58,713 nt of DNA from Verrucomicrobiota bacterium. GTDB lineage: Bacteria > Verrucomicrobiota > Lentisphaeria > Lentisphaerales > Lentisphaeraceae. Shown in pieces: positions 48,756-58,713 of the stretch (its first letter is position 1; each line of letters starts with the position of its first letter). The position numbers and the translations under genes are program-made. The notes beneath the pieces are model-generated. The model worked only from the letters and a program-made list of their open reading frames with translations, had not been told where the DNA came from and searched no databases. Where the stretch lies: contig JBDKFG010000026.1 of assembly GCA_039798785.1 (NCBI GenBank), forward strand, positions 1-58,713, given 5' to 3'.

Positions 48756-51065
48756 CTAGATCCTGCGTTTGCCCGCCCAAGGCGACAGGAGCCAGGCGAA
48801 GAGGATGCCGAAGGCCAGGGGCAGGCCGAAGGAGCGCAGGGCCGGCGTCTGCGACAAGGCGAGAAGGCCGAAGGCGAGAAGAGTGCTGAGCGACGACAGG
48901 AAGACCGCCAGGGCCGTCGCCGGACATTCCGGCTCCTCCGCCGCGGTCGCCAGGCTGTAGTTCACCCCGAGACCGAGGACCAGGCTGAGCGACAAGGCGC
49001 CGAAGAAATTCAAGGGTTGGCCGAGCCAGGCGCAAGCCCCCAGGGCGGCGGCGGCGCTGAGCCCCGGAATGCCGACCAGGCGCAAGCCCTGGCGCCACCC
49101 GTAGAGCCCGGCGAAGACAAAGAGCATCAGCAGCGCCGCACCGCCCAGGGCCAGCAGGCAGCCGTGAGTCTGACGACGCAGCAGTTCGGAATTCTCCGCC
49201 ACCAGGTCGGTGTAGCGGCAGCCCTCACCCTGGCAGGCCGCGGCAAGCAGCGGCAGAGCCTCCGGCTGCACCCCCCTCAGGAGGACGAAGCTGGCAGCTT
49301 CGCCATCGGCTTCAAGCGCGACGAAGGGGTTGATCAAGCCACGTGCCCCGATCTCGCCGAGACGCTCCGGGGTCAGGAAGGCGGCTGCGGCCGAGTCCTT
49401 CGCCGCCGCGGCGACGGCTTCCGTCGCGAAGCCGAGATCGACAAGGGCCGCGACCAAATGCGGATCTTGCGCCGTCCGCAACAGCAGCCTGCGATCCCGC
49501 TCCTGCCGCATCCGGGAAGGCAAGACGCTGGCCAGTCCGATCCAGGAATGGATCAGTTCTTTTTCCTGCAAGGGGCGGAGCCGTAGCTCCAAGGCCTCCT
49601 CCCTCTGCAGGCATTCCTCCAGGTCGGCGCCGCGGATAAGGACGAAACGGCCGGCCTCGGGGGTGCCCGCGGTGCGGCGGATCTTCGCCTCCACCGCGGC
49701 CAGCTCGGGCGAAGGGGCGTTGAGATGGCGGAGATCGTGATCCTGGCGGAGCGCGAACAGCCCCAGGCAGCAAGCCAAGGCGGCGAGCAGTGCCGGACCG
49801 GAGGCGCGCGAAGTCCACCGCGCGGCCCGTCTTCCCCAGGCCAGGGGACGGGGCGCTCCGGCAGGCTGGTGCGGCACCAGCAGGGGACAGAGGATCGGCG
49901 CGGCGAGGAAGGCGCCGAGCAACCCGAGCGCGCCGAGCAGGGCGATCTGGCGCAGGCCCGGGAAAGGCGCCAGAAGCAGACCGAGATAAGCCGCCAGACT
50001 AGTGCACAGGCCGAGACTGAGCGGCGGCAGAAGCCGACGCTCCAGCGCCTCCCGCGGCTCGTCGCCACAACGCCGCGCCGCTACCCAGTGCTGGACAAAG
50101 TCGTCGGCGACCCCGATCAGACTCACCCCGACCGCCAAGGAGATAGCGTGGAGCTGGCCAAGCCAGGCGGCGGCGAGGACGAAGGAGCTGAAGCATCCGT
50201 AGGAGATCACCAACAGGCTGACCGCCAATGGCCGAAAACCCCGGAAGACCAGCCAGGCGAGCAGGACGATGCCAAGCAGAGAGCCGCCGCCGATGACCGC
50301 CGTCTCCCGCCGCGCCCGAGCCTCGTTTTCGGCGGCGAACTCGGCTCCTCCGGCGCTGAGGACCTGGGAAGACGAATCGAGGGCCGCCGCCGCCGCCTGA
50401 GCGCGACGCAAGGCCGCCAATTGCGCCGTCCGCCCGGAACTTGAGAATGGGCTCTCCTTCGCGGCCAAGGAGATGAATATCCATTCACGTCCGGACTCGT
50501 CGCGCAGGCGGGGCAGACCATCCTTCAGGATCATGCCGCCGAGAAGAGCCTGCCGCGACATCATCCAACCGGCGAAAGTGCAGAAGGGATCCTTGTCGGC
50601 AAGGCGGGAGGCGAGTGGCCGGGCCGGGTCCAAAAGGGCGGCACCGACATGTTCGGACAAACGTGCGGCTGCATCCAATTCCTCGAGATCGCGGCGCAGT
50701 TCGGGTTCGAGAAGTCCGGCCCGTGCATCGAAGGCAGCCCGTCCGAAGGCCTCCGCTTCCTCGCGGGCGGCGCCAAGCCGGACTTCGTCAAAGGCAGGGT
50801 CTCGGCGCAACACTGTTGCAAAGGCCAAAGCCGCCGGGCCCGGGTCGGCGGAGGAAGAGATCAGCACCACGCTGCGGCGCCCGAAGCGCTCCTGGAAGAG
50901 GCGTCCCGCCTGATTCAATGCAGGGTCGCGCTCCGCCACGGGAAGCAGCGCGTGCAGATCGGTGTCGATGCAGACGCCTTTTTGCAGCAGTCGCAAGGAG
51001 GCCCATCCGACCGCGATCAGGTGGAGCAGCAGCAGCAGACTCAGCAGACGGCGCAGACGGGGCAT
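48756..51065 (-). CDS. MMPL/RND-like predicted exporter
   Basis: IDTDL.ALLP, two-fold TM repeat, SLIGVADD, PFPGLRQIA, LGLGVNY and TLLAFGLLALS.TP motifs. Confidence 0.85.
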   Translation of the reverse strand: MPRLRRLLSLLLLLHLIAVGWASLRLLQKGVCIDTDLHALLPVAERDPALNQAGRLFQERFGRRSVVLISSSADPGPAALAFATVLRRDPAFDEVRLGAAREEAEAFGRAAFDARAGLLEPELRRDLEELDAAARLSEHVGAALLDPARPLASRLADKDPFCTFAGWMMSRQALLGGMILKDGLPRLRDESGREWIFISLAAKESPFSSSGRTAQLAALRRAQAAAAALDSSSQVLSAGGAEFAAENEARARRETAVIGGGSLLGIVLLAWLVFRGFRPLAVSLLVISYGCFSSFVLAAAWLGQLHAISLAVGVSLIGVADDFVQHWVAARRCGDEPREALERRLLPPLSLGLCTSLAAYLGLLLAPFPGLRQIALLGALGLLGAFLAAPILCPLLVPHQPAGAPRPLAWGRRAARWTSRASGPALLAALACCLGLFALRQDHDLRHLNAPSPELAAVEAKIRRTAGTPEAGRFVLIRGADLEECLQREEALELRLRPLQEKELIHSWIGLASVLPSRMRQERDRRLLLRTAQDPHLVAALVDLGFATEAVAAAAKDSAAAAFLTPERLGEIGARGLINPFVALEADGEAASFVLLRGVQPEALPLLAAACQGEGCRYTDLVAENSELLRRQTHGCLLALGGAALLMLFVFAGLYGWRQGLRLVGIPGLSAAAALGACAWLGQPLNFFGALSLSLVLGLGVNYSLATAAEEPECPATALAVFLSSLSTLLAFGLLALSQTPALRSFGLPLAFGILFAWLLSPWAGKRRI

Positions 51066-51092
51066 GGCGATCTCCTCAGGCCGCGGCTTGGA

Positions 51093-51602
51093 TCACTGCG
51101 CGGCAGTCGGGGCGGAAGGAGCGGCGTTGCTCAGGCCGAGACGGTCGAAATCGGCCCGGACCTTGACCTTGAGGCCGGATTTGATCGTGAAGGGCTTATT
51201 CAGGATCAGGACTTCCAGATCATTGAATTTGCCGCTGCCGTAGCCGTTGACCCACCACGAGCTGGTCCTGGACGCCGGCGGCTTTGCCTTGACGACGATC
51301 TTGCTATTGGCCCCCGCTTCACCTTCAATCTCGAGTGAGACCAAGGCCGGGAGCTCGAGCTTTTCCAGTGCAGCGCCGAAACTGATCAGGCTGTCCGATT
51401 GAGCGGCGCAGGCGTTGATCTTCGGCTCGAGCGGCTGGATCAGTCGCACCGCTTCCTGGTTGTCGATCAGTCTCGGCCCTTCGGCGATCTTCTTCACGGC
51501 AAAGATGCCGAGGGCGGCGCAGCCGCCGATGAAGAGGAGGACGCAGACGGCGCAGCCGAGAAGCAACTTACCCCAGGGGAAGGACGGGGAATTGTCTGAC
51601 AT
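51093..51602 (-). CDS. Hypothetical single-TM protein
   Basis: N-terminal TM (WGKLLLGC...GIFAV); 169 aa. Confidence 0.7.
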   Translation of the reverse strand: MSDNSPSFPWGKLLLGCAVCVLLFIGGCAALGIFAVKKIAEGPRLIDNQEAVRLIQPLEPKINACAAQSDSLISFGAALEKLELPALVSLEIEGEAGANSKIVVKAKPPASRTSSWWVNGYGSGKFNDLEVLILNKPFTIKSGLKVKVRADFDRLGLSNAAPSAPTAAQ

Positions 51603-51706
51603 GGAACGACCTTGTTTAAGTGTTGAAAGCTCCCTACACTAACCAGTCGCGGAGCAAGCGCACCCGCATCTGAAAGGAAATTCCGGATTCCTTGAGCTCC
51701 CGGCGG

Positions 51707-51734
51707 TTGACTCTCTCGGGCGCGGCCCTATACT
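51707..51734 (+). promoter_or_regulatory. Sigma70 promoter of tRNA-Ser
   Basis: TTGACT-N16-TATACT ending 10 nt before the tRNA. Confidence 0.75.
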
Positions 51735-51744
51735 CCGAGCCGTT

Positions 51745-51832
51745 GGAAGGGTGGTCGAGTGGTTTATGGCAGCGGTCTTGAAAACCGCCGGGGCGCGAGC
51801 CCTCGAGGGTTCGAATCCCTCCCCTTCCGCCA
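51745..51832 (+). tRNA. tRNA-Ser (anticodon TGA)
   Basis: GGAAGGG/CCCTTCC acceptor stem, GCGGT-CTTGAAA-ACCGC anticodon arm, long variable arm, GGTTCGAATCC T-loop, G73 + CCA. Confidence 0.97.
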
Positions 51833-51842
51833 ATTGTCAATC

Positions 51843-51875
51843 AAGGGCTTGCAGAGAAATCTGCAAGCCCTTTTT
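51843..51875 (+). terminator. Intrinsic terminator after the tRNA
   Basis: AGGGCTTGCAG-AGAAAT-CTGCAAGCCCT stem followed by a T run. Confidence 0.8.
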
Positions 51876-51907
51876 GCGGCCTCTGAAGGAGCCGAGCAAT
51901 AACAACG

Positions 51908-51938
51908 AAAAACCCCGCCGGATCGCTCCGGCGGGATT
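51908..51938 (-). terminator. Intrinsic terminator of the giant surface-protein gene
   Basis: CCCGCCGGA/TCCGGCGGG stem followed by TTTTT on the minus strand. Confidence 0.8.
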
Positions 51939-51992
51939 CAAGACTGGTTCCAACTTTAAATTTTAAACTTGGAATCCGCAGCTCGGTTCGTA

Positions 51993-54900
51993 TCAGGCCT
52001 TGTCGGCGAAGATGTCGAAGTCGATGCTGATTGCTTCGGTGAGGCTCGGACGGTCCATGAAGTCGCTCCAGCTCATCTCCTCGGCCTTGGCGGCCTTGGC
52101 GGGCTGATCGTTCCAGACGACCACCGACTTGATGTCGTCTTCGATCAGGAAGCGCTCTTCCTGCTCTTCGACGGCGACCACGCCTTTGCGGATGCTGTTC
52201 ATGTAAGTGCGGATCTCGCTGGTGCTGCCGGAGGTCTCGACGAGCATGACATCGACGTGGAGCAGGCCGTTGTCATACTTGCTGAGATCGACACCGGTGA
52301 TGGTCCACGTGCCATTGGCGGCAACCACGGCCTCGTAACCCTTCTTCTGATCGGCGGTGAAGCTGGCGCTGTCGAGCATGTCGGCCTTGGTGCTGACGAC
52401 GTAGTCGTTCTGCTGGCGGAAGATGACATGGACGGTGGTGCCAGGCTGGCCTTTGCCGGAGATTTCCGAGTTGGTCAGGTAGTTCTGGTTGGCGAGATCG
52501 GGGAACTTCAGGACGGTGGGGAGTTCGGGCTTGGTCAGATCCTGAACCAAGGTCTTGACCGAGCTGTTGCGGTAGATGACCACGTCATCGCCGTCCTTGA
52601 AGACCTGGTCGACCTGGATGGTGACCTTGCTGCCAGTGGTGACCTTCACATCGTCAAGGTTGAGGGTCAAAGTCCACTCGTCGCCAGAGCCGGAGGCATT
52701 GACCTCGAAGGCGCTCAAGGGGATGAGCTTGCCACCGATCTTGACAGCAGTGACTTCGCCACCCGCTGCAGCAGTGAAGCTGAACGAGTAGGTGCGGCGG
52801 TTCTCTCCGACGATGTTGTCCGCGACGATCATCGCCGCGAAGACTTCGTTGCCGGCGACTTCGGTGCTGCCAACGGCGGTGTTGCCGAAGCGGTCGATGG
52901 CGGTGGCGGTGATCTCGACTTCGTCAGCGGCGACCTTGCGCAGGTCGGCGACGACCTTCCAGACACCTTCCGCGTTGGCGGTGGCGGTCTTGACGACGCC
53001 GCCGAGGTTGACGCTGACCTTGTGGCCGGCGGTGGCGGTACCGGTGACGGTGTACTTGGCGACGTTGGCGGCGGTGATCAGCTCGGTGCCATCGATGATC
53101 GGGGCATCAATGAAGGCCGAGTTGTTGACCAAGGTCTTGACGATCGTGCCGCGGATCTCGTTGGCGTTGCCGAAGCGGTCGACCTGGGTGGCGACGACTT
53201 TGAGGCTGGCGTCGCCGCCGATGTAACCGGTGAGATCGTCATTGCCGTCGAGACCGTTGAAGACGACGGTGTAGACGCCTTTCGAGTTGGCGACGGCAGT
53301 GGCGACGGCTTCGATGTCGTTGGAGTCGGTGACGGTCACGGTGACGGTCGCGCCAGCTTCAGCACGGCCAGTGACCTTGTAGGCCTGGGCATTGGCGCTG
53401 TTGAGGGCGGGCAGCGTGCCGATCGTGGGAGCGATCGAGGTGGTGTCCTTGCGGACAGTCAGCTCGGCGCGGGACAGGAACTTGCTCGTATCCTTCGAAT
53501 CGAAGGACTTGACCAGGAGACGGATCTGACCGTCGCGAAGGTTGTTCTTGGCGTTCAGGTTCCAGTCTGCGACAGCCCAGTCACCGTTGACATCGGCATC
53601 GACATAGTCGACGGGGTCGGTGTCGCGGGGATCGGAGCCGTTGTGGTTGAGAGCGTAGACGTAGACGCGGGCGTAAGCCTCGGCCTTGCCACTGAGTGTG
53701 TAGTGCTCGGCGGCGGTGACGCCGAGTTCCTCATTGGTGACCAAGGCGATGTTGGTGGCGCCGTTGAGCGAAGCCATCAGGGCCTTGTGGACGATCTGGG
53801 TGGCGGCATTGCCGGTCACACCCTGCTTGGTCTGCTGGACCACCTGGAGGAGGTAGTCGGTGTTGACCGGGAGCGAGCTGACATCCATGACGATCTTCCA
53901 TTCGCCTTTGTAGTCGACGATGGTGGACTTGGTGAGTCCGCCGATGGTGAGGATGATGGTGTTGCCGGAAGCGCCGGTACCGGTGACGGTCCAGGTCTTC
54001 TGGTTGGCGTAGGTGATCTCAGGAGCGCTGAGGACGACCGGGGCTCCAGGGACGCCGACGACACGCTTGACGATGTCGCCGACGCCAGGATCACCATCGA
54101 CGCCAGTGTTGCGGTAGGTGGTGGCCACGTAGGTAGCGGTACCGGCGTCAACATTGGCAAAGGTGTTCTTGGCGGTGGTCAGCTCGCGGATGTTGCCCCA
54201 GCGGTCGACTTCGGTGGCCTTGATGTTGATCGGGCCGTCGGTCAGGCTGCTGAGATCGGTGGCGGCGGTGGTCCAGATGCCGTTGTCGCCGACGACTGCA
54301 ACAACCGTGAGGGTGTTGGGAGTGCGGACGCCGAGGAGGTTCTTCTTGTCGTCGGTGTAGACCAAGGTGACGGTGGCGCCGGCTTCACCAGTGCCGCTGA
54401 CGACATAGCCGCCGACGTTGTCGAGGGTGACGGGAACCAGGGTGGCGGCGTTGAAGGTCAGATCCTGGCTGGCGACGGTGACGGTGGTCGAAACATCGGC
54501 GAGGAGGGCGTCGATGTTAGCTGCGCCGATGTTGGCGCTGCCGACCGTGCCGTGCGAACCGACGAGGGTGTCCTTGAGCAGCAGCTTGACCAGCGGGGGC
54601 GAGCTGAGGTTGCTGGCAAGGTCGCGAACCTGAGCGCTGACGGTCAGCTTGCCTTCGCCGAAGGTGCTGAGGTCGCGGGTGATGGTCCAGGTGCCGCTGT
54701 CGCTGATGGTAGCGGTGAAGGGCATGACCGGGTCATTGCCGTCTAGGAGGGTGTCAGTGATGGTCAGCTCGATGGTCGCTCCAGCCTCACCGGTACCGGT
54801 GAAGGTGAAGGCGGCCTGGTTGTGCTGAGTGACGACCTTGTCGCTGAACTCGAGAGTCGGGACGGCGGGCAGGGTCTTGTCGCTGATCAAGTGAGCCGCG

Positions 54901-57900
54901 GAACGGATGACCTGGGTGAAGCCTTCTTCGTCGACGTAGGTAGTGACGACGCGGACGTACTTGTCGTTGTAGAACTTGATGCCGAGACCGGTCTTGTCCT
55001 TGAGGTCAAGCGACTGGCCGGTCTTGCCGACGATGTCAACGAAGGTACCGGCGGCACCGGTATCGCTGATCTGCCACTGGTAGGTGGCGAAGGCGTTGAA
55101 GGTGTCGTCATTAGCGGCAAGGACGCTGCCAGCGGTGGTGCCCCAGAGGTAGCCGCGAGCGTAGAGGTCGAGCTGTGCCTGAGTGTAAGCGGTGACCAAT
55201 TCACCGGCAACGACGGTCTGACCGGGGAGGACGAGATCGCCGGTGGTGGGATCCTTGAGAACCAGTTTCTCGGCGAGTGCAACGCCATCGGCAACGCCGA
55301 AGTAGTTGTAGAGAGACTGGGGCAGGACGCCAGAACCATCGAAGATCGACCAGGGGTTGATGTCGCGGTCAGTGAGGGCCGAAAGGTTGGTGGTCAGGAC
55401 CGATTCAGTGGTGTAAGCCGAACCGGTGTTGGTGTCAACGGTGATGGCGGTGCCGGCATCGGCAGTGATGTTGCCGTTAACGTCAGCGACGACGTTGGTG
55501 ACGCCGGTCGGGATGTCGTTGACCGGGCGGACAGCCATGGTGACGGCGCTGGTGACCGACTGGGTGAAGCCTTCGTTGTCGGTGACGGTAACGACGACAC
55601 GGAGAACCTTGTCGTAATCGAGGTCAGAGGGAGTGAAGGTGGCAGCGGTGCCGACGATGAGCCAGACGCGGTTGCCTTCGGTGTCGTAGCTGGTGCCGTC
55701 CCACGACTGCCAAGCATAAGTGACGGTGACGGTGTTGGCGGTGGCGACCGAGGGAGAGATCTCGGTGACGCCGCTGACACTGGAGCCGCTGTTGCTGCTG
55801 ACGGTGTGGTTGGTGCCATAGGGATTGATGTCGGCGTCGACGAGAGCGCTGATATCAACCTTGAGGGCCTTGTTTTCCTTGACCGGGTTGTTGACCGAGT
55901 CGAGCACCTTGCTGGTGGCGACGTCCTTGATCACGACATCACCGGAGATGACATCGTTGACCGGGACGACGGGTGCCGTGGCGGCGCTGATACGGACGCC
56001 GTAGAGGTGACCGTTCAGGGTGTCGGTGTAATCGAAGCCGAAGGTGTCGGCGTGAGCGGTCTGGACGCCGGTCCAGTTAGCGGGGTTGGCCTCGATGCTG
56101 TCGTACTTGAAGGTCACCTGAACGGTGATGTTCTTGCTGTACTCGGCATCGGTGGGGCTGAAGGTCTTGGCGGTGGCGCCAGAGATGGCGACGCCGTTGG
56201 CGAACCACTGGTAAGTGAACTCGGAGGCGATCACCGGGTCGATGCTCATGGCATCGGTGTTGGCGGTGAGGACCGAATCTTCCTTGACGGTGCCGACGAT
56301 GCTGGGGCGGACGCTGTCGATGCGGACCTGGGGGCTGACCTGGGTGTAGACGGACTGGGTGTAGCCCTTCTCATCGGTGTAGCTGACCTTGGCGCGCAGA
56401 TACTTGAGGTGCTCGTTGGCGGTGACGGCGAAGGTGGCTTCGCGGCCGTAGGTGGGCTGCGAGGCGGCGGGCGAAACGATGTCGGTGAAGACGACGCCGT
56501 CGTAGGAGACCTGCCACTGGTAGCTCAGGGCCGAGGTGAGGACCGCGGAGTCCTGGGCTTCGGCGGCGTGGTTGCCGGCGAGGACCGAGTACTCGGAGGC
56601 GGCGCCGGGGAGGGCGTCGGAGTTGTCTTCGTCGAAGAGGTTGTTGACGATCGACAGGACGTCGCCGTCGTTGACGCGACCGTTGGCGGTGTCGGCGACA
56701 TCGTTGGCGCCGGTGCGCTGCATGACGACGCTGCCGACGGTGGGGTCGTTGGTTTCGGCGACGACGACCGAGGACTGGGCCGAGTACAGGGTGGTGTAGG
56801 CTTCGGCGGTGCCGGTGGCGTCATTCACGGTGACGGCGACGCGCAGGTAGTAACCCACTTGGCGGTCATCGGGAGTGAAGGTCTTGGCGGTGGCGCCGGA
56901 GATATCCTGCCAGCCGTAGGTGGTGTCGAAGTACTGCCACTGGTAGGTGAAGGTGATGGCATTGGCGATCACGGCGTCGACGTCGGCGATGGCGGTGGTG
57001 TCGGCGGTCAGGACGGTCTCATCCTTGAAGGCATCGCCGCGGATCACCGGGGTGCCGGTGGCGAGGCTGTTGCTGATGGTGATGACGTCGCTGGCGGTGC
57101 TTTCGGTGTAGCCGTCGAGATCGATGAAGGTGGTGACGACACGGACCTGCTTGCCCTGGTCGGCCTGGGCGATGGTGTAGGTCTGGCTGCTGCCGACCGT
57201 GGTCCAGTTGACGCCGTCGACCGAGGTCTGCCAGGCGTAGCTGTAGCTGCTGGGCAGGCCGTTGTTGTCGACCAGCTTGTTGGCGACCGAGGAGTCGTTG
57301 TCGCGGTCGTTGAGGTCGGCGAAGAGGGTCTTGCCGACCTGCTTGACGGCGGCGGGGAGGACGTTGGCGACGCCGCCGACGATGCCCTTGGTGGTGGTGA
57401 CCACGTCGACGCCGGTGGTGCCTTGGACGCGGATGAACATGCCGCTGTCGCCGACGACCGTGGTGTAGGTCGAAGCGGTGGCGCCGCCGATGCTGCTCCA
57501 GGTCACGCCGTCAGCCGAACGCTGCCAGACGTAGCTGGTGGCGGTGGGGGCGGTGAGAACCGCACCGACGCTGAGGTTGGTGCTGACCAGGGGGGCGCCG
57601 GTGATCTCGGGCTTGCCGTTGACGCGGTCGTTGACGCGGACGGTGGGCAGGCTGGTGGTGGATTCGGCGTTGCCGTCAAGGTCGGTGAAGCTGACGGTGA
57701 CGCGCAGGTAGACGTGGCCGGTGTCGACCGGGATGGTGTAGGTGCTGGCGTTGTTGGTGCCGGCTGCGGCGCTCCAGGTGATGCCGTCGTCCGACTGCTG
57801 CCAGGCGTAGGTGAAGGTGTTGAGACCGTTCAAGTCAGCGAGGGCCGAGGTGTCGGCGGTCAGGGTCTGGCCGTCGACGACGGAGCCGAGGACGACGGGC

Positions 57901-58713
57901 TTGCCGGTGACCGGGCTGTTGACAGCTTCGGTGGTGGCACTGGCGAGGCTTTCGACATAGCCGTCGTTGTCGGTGAAGGTGACCTTCAGGCGGATCTGCT
58001 TGTCGGCGAGGGCTGCGGTGACGGTGTAGGTGCGGTCGGTGGCGCCCGAGATGTTGGTCCAGCTCAAGCCGCCATTGGTGGTGTATTGCCACTGGTAGCT
58101 GTAGGGATCAAGCACGTCGGTGGTGGAGCCGCTGCCGTTGTTGATGGTGGGCACGCCGTTGACGTCGGTGACGCCGGTGACATTGCCCTGGAGCAGGTCG
58201 CCGACCTGGATGTCGGCGCCGGTCTGGCCGAGGCCGCGGGTGATGGTGACGGTGCCTTGGGCATGAGCGTCGACGCGGGCGGTGGCATCAGAAGTAAAGA
58301 CGGTCGTGGTGCTTCGGCCGGTCTGGTCGTCAGTGGCGGTGACGACGACGCGCATGTAGCGGTGGCCGTCAGCGTTGACGAGGGTGTAGGTCTTGGTGGT
58401 GGTGCCAGTGTTGGTCCAGTTGATGCCGTCGACCGAGTACTGCCAGTTGTAGCTGAAGGCCAGGGTCGCATCGTTGACGTCGACGATGGTGGTGACGTCG
58501 GCCTCGAGGGTCTGGCCTTCGACGGCGTTGCCGCCGATGTAGACCGCACCGGTCGAGGGGGCGTTGACGATGCCGAGGTTGTTGCTCGAGGTCACGGTCT
58601 CGGCGTAGCCGTCGAGGTCGGTGTAGCTGACGATGACGCGGATGGTCTTGCCGGCGTCGCTGGTGGCGAGGGTGTAGCGGCTGGCGTTGGCGCCGGAGAT
58701 GCTGACCCAGGTG
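51993..58713 (-). CDS. Giant Thr/Val-rich Ig-like repeat surface protein/adhesin (5' partial, >2200 aa)
   Basis: The frame stays open to the window edge. About 10 Y.Y.WQ.S.DG..W..I.GAT..TYT...D....RV.V...D..G repeats, followed by about 7 G.(A/G)EAGATV-type Ig repeats. Confidence 0.92.
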   Translation of the reverse strand, partial: TWVSISGANASRYTLATSDAGKTIRVIVSYTDLDGYAETVTSSNNLGIVNAPSTGAVYIGGNAVEGQTLEADVTTIVDVNDATLAFSYNWQYSVDGINWTNTGTTTKTYTLVNADGHRYMRVVVTATDDQTGRSTTTVFTSDATARVDAHAQGTVTITRGLGQTGADIQVGDLLQGNVTGVTDVNGVPTINNGSGSTTDVLDPYSYQWQYTTNGGLSWTNISGATDRTYTVTAALADKQIRLKVTFTDNDGYVESLASATTEAVNSPVTGKPVVLGSVVDGQTLTADTSALADLNGLNTFTYAWQQSDDGITWSAAAGTNNASTYTIPVDTGHVYLRVTVSFTDLDGNAESTTSLPTVRVNDRVNGKPEITGAPLVSTNLSVGAVLTAPTATSYVWQRSADGVTWSSIGGATASTYTTVVGDSGMFIRVQGTTGVDVVTTTKGIVGGVANVLPAAVKQVGKTLFADLNDRDNDSSVANKLVDNNGLPSSYSYAWQTSVDGVNWTTVGSSQTYTIAQADQGKQVRVVTTFIDLDGYTESTASDVITISNSLATGTPVIRGDAFKDETVLTADTTAIADVDAVIANAITFTYQWQYFDTTYGWQDISGATAKTFTPDDRQVGYYLRVAVTVNDATGTAEAYTTLYSAQSSVVVAETNDPTVGSVVMQRTGANDVADTANGRVNDGDVLSIVNNLFDEDNSDALPGAASEYSVLAGNHAAEAQDSAVLTSALSYQWQVSYDGVVFTDIVSPAASQPTYGREATFAVTANEHLKYLRAKVSYTDEKGYTQSVYTQVSPQVRIDSVRPSIVGTVKEDSVLTANTDAMSIDPVIASEFTYQWFANGVAISGATAKTFSPTDAEYSKNITVQVTFKYDSIEANPANWTGVQTAHADTFGFDYTDTLNGHLYGVRISAATAPVVPVNDVISGDVVIKDVATSKVLDSVNNPVKENKALKVDISALVDADINPYGTNHTVSSNSGSSVSGVTEISPSVATANTVTVTYAWQSWDGTSYDTEGNRVWLIVGTAATFTPSDLDYDKVLRVVVTVTDNEGFTQSVTSAVTMAVRPVNDIPTGVTNVVADVNGNITADAGTAITVDTNTGSAYTTESVLTTNLSALTDRDINPWSIFDGSGVLPQSLYNYFGVADGVALAEKLVLKDPTTGDLVLPGQTVVAGELVTAYTQAQLDLYARGYLWGTTAGSVLAANDDTFNAFATYQWQISDTGAAGTFVDIVGKTGQSLDLKDKTGLGIKFYNDKYVRVVTTYVDEEGFTQVIRSAAHLISDKTLPAVPTLEFSDKVVTQHNQAAFTFTGTGEAGATIELTITDTLLDGNDPVMPFTATISDSGTWTITRDLSTFGEGKLTVSAQVRDLASNLSSPPLVKLLLKDTLVGSHGTVGSANIGAANIDALLADVSTTVTVASQDLTFNAATLVPVTLDNVGGYVVSGTGEAGATVTLVYTDDKKNLLGVRTPNTLTVVAVVGDNGIWTTAATDLSSLTDGPINIKATEVDRWGNIRELTTAKNTFANVDAGTATYVATTYRNTGVDGDPGVGDIVKRVVGVPGAPVVLSAPEITYANQKTWTVTGTGASGNTIILTIGGLTKSTIVDYKGEWKIVMDVSSLPVNTDYLLQVVQQTKQGVTGNAATQIVHKALMASLNGATNIALVTNEELGVTAAEHYTLSGKAEAYARVYVYALNHNGSDPRDTDPVDYVDADVNGDWAVADWNLNAKNNLRDGQIRLLVKSFDSKDTSKFLSRAELTVRKDTTSIAPTIGTLPALNSANAQAYKVTGRAEAGATVTVTVTDSNDIEAVATAVANSKGVYTVVFNGLDGNDDLTGYIGGDASLKVVATQVDRFGNANEIRGTIVKTLVNNSAFIDAPIIDGTELITAANVAKYTVTGTATAGHKVSVNLGGVVKTATANAEGVWKVVADLRKVAADEVEITATAIDRFGNTAVGSTEVAGNEVFAAMIVADNIVGENRRTYSFSFTAAAGGEVTAVKIGGKLIPLSAFEVNASGSGDEWTLTLNLDDVKVTTGSKVTIQVDQVFKDGDDVVIYRNSSVKTLVQDLTKPELPTVLKFPDLANQNYLTNSEISGKGQPGTTVHVIFRQQNDYVVSTKADMLDSASFTADQKKGYEAVVAANGTWTITGVDLSKYDNGLLHVDVMLVETSGSTSEIRTYMNSIRKGVVAVEEQEERFLIEDDIKSVVVWNDQPAKAAKAEEMSWSDFMDRPSLTEAISIDFDIFADKA

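Noticed and set aside
51745..51875. Integrative element at tRNA-Ser
   Set aside because: No integrase, and no duplicate of the tRNA 3' end seen in the window.

Overview
GC-rich bacterial chromosome segment. The H-X9-DG-type pilin-like paralogues and overall gene content suggest a PVC-superphylum (Lentisphaerota-like) organism; this is an inference. Housekeeping genes (folP, prepilin peptidase, purD, BamD-like/LptE-like/ispF, moeA-moaA, SbtA-family transporter, dCMP deaminase, hisC, cysS, ribB, tRNA-Ser(TGA)) alternate with accessory blocks. These are: (i) six translationally coupled minimal pilin-like H-X11-DG paralogues, one fused to a polytopic membrane protein; (ii) a doc/AbrB toxin-antitoxin pair; (iii) a thermostable hemolysin-AMP ligase-heme-oxygenase-like-SDR-DoxX-cytochrome c cluster; (iv) two membrane-anchored TPR paralogues with a repeated aromatic-x-x-SSK motif, coupled to a sterol-desaturase-family enzyme; (v) two low-GC ankyrin lipoproteins; (vi) an AAA/PD-(D/E)XK gene, three mosaic DUF4419-like paralogues and an HscC-like Hsp70 with a KPD J-domain partner, where the DUF4419 and Hsp70 leaders are homologous; (vii) a giant Ig-repeat surface protein running off the right end. 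At least three families of composite REP-like palindromic elements are present. Two copies read as stop-free ORFs coupled by ATGA overlaps to both flanking genes. I saw no transposase, integrase, reverse transcriptase or CRISPR array. Family names come from motif recognition, not database searches.
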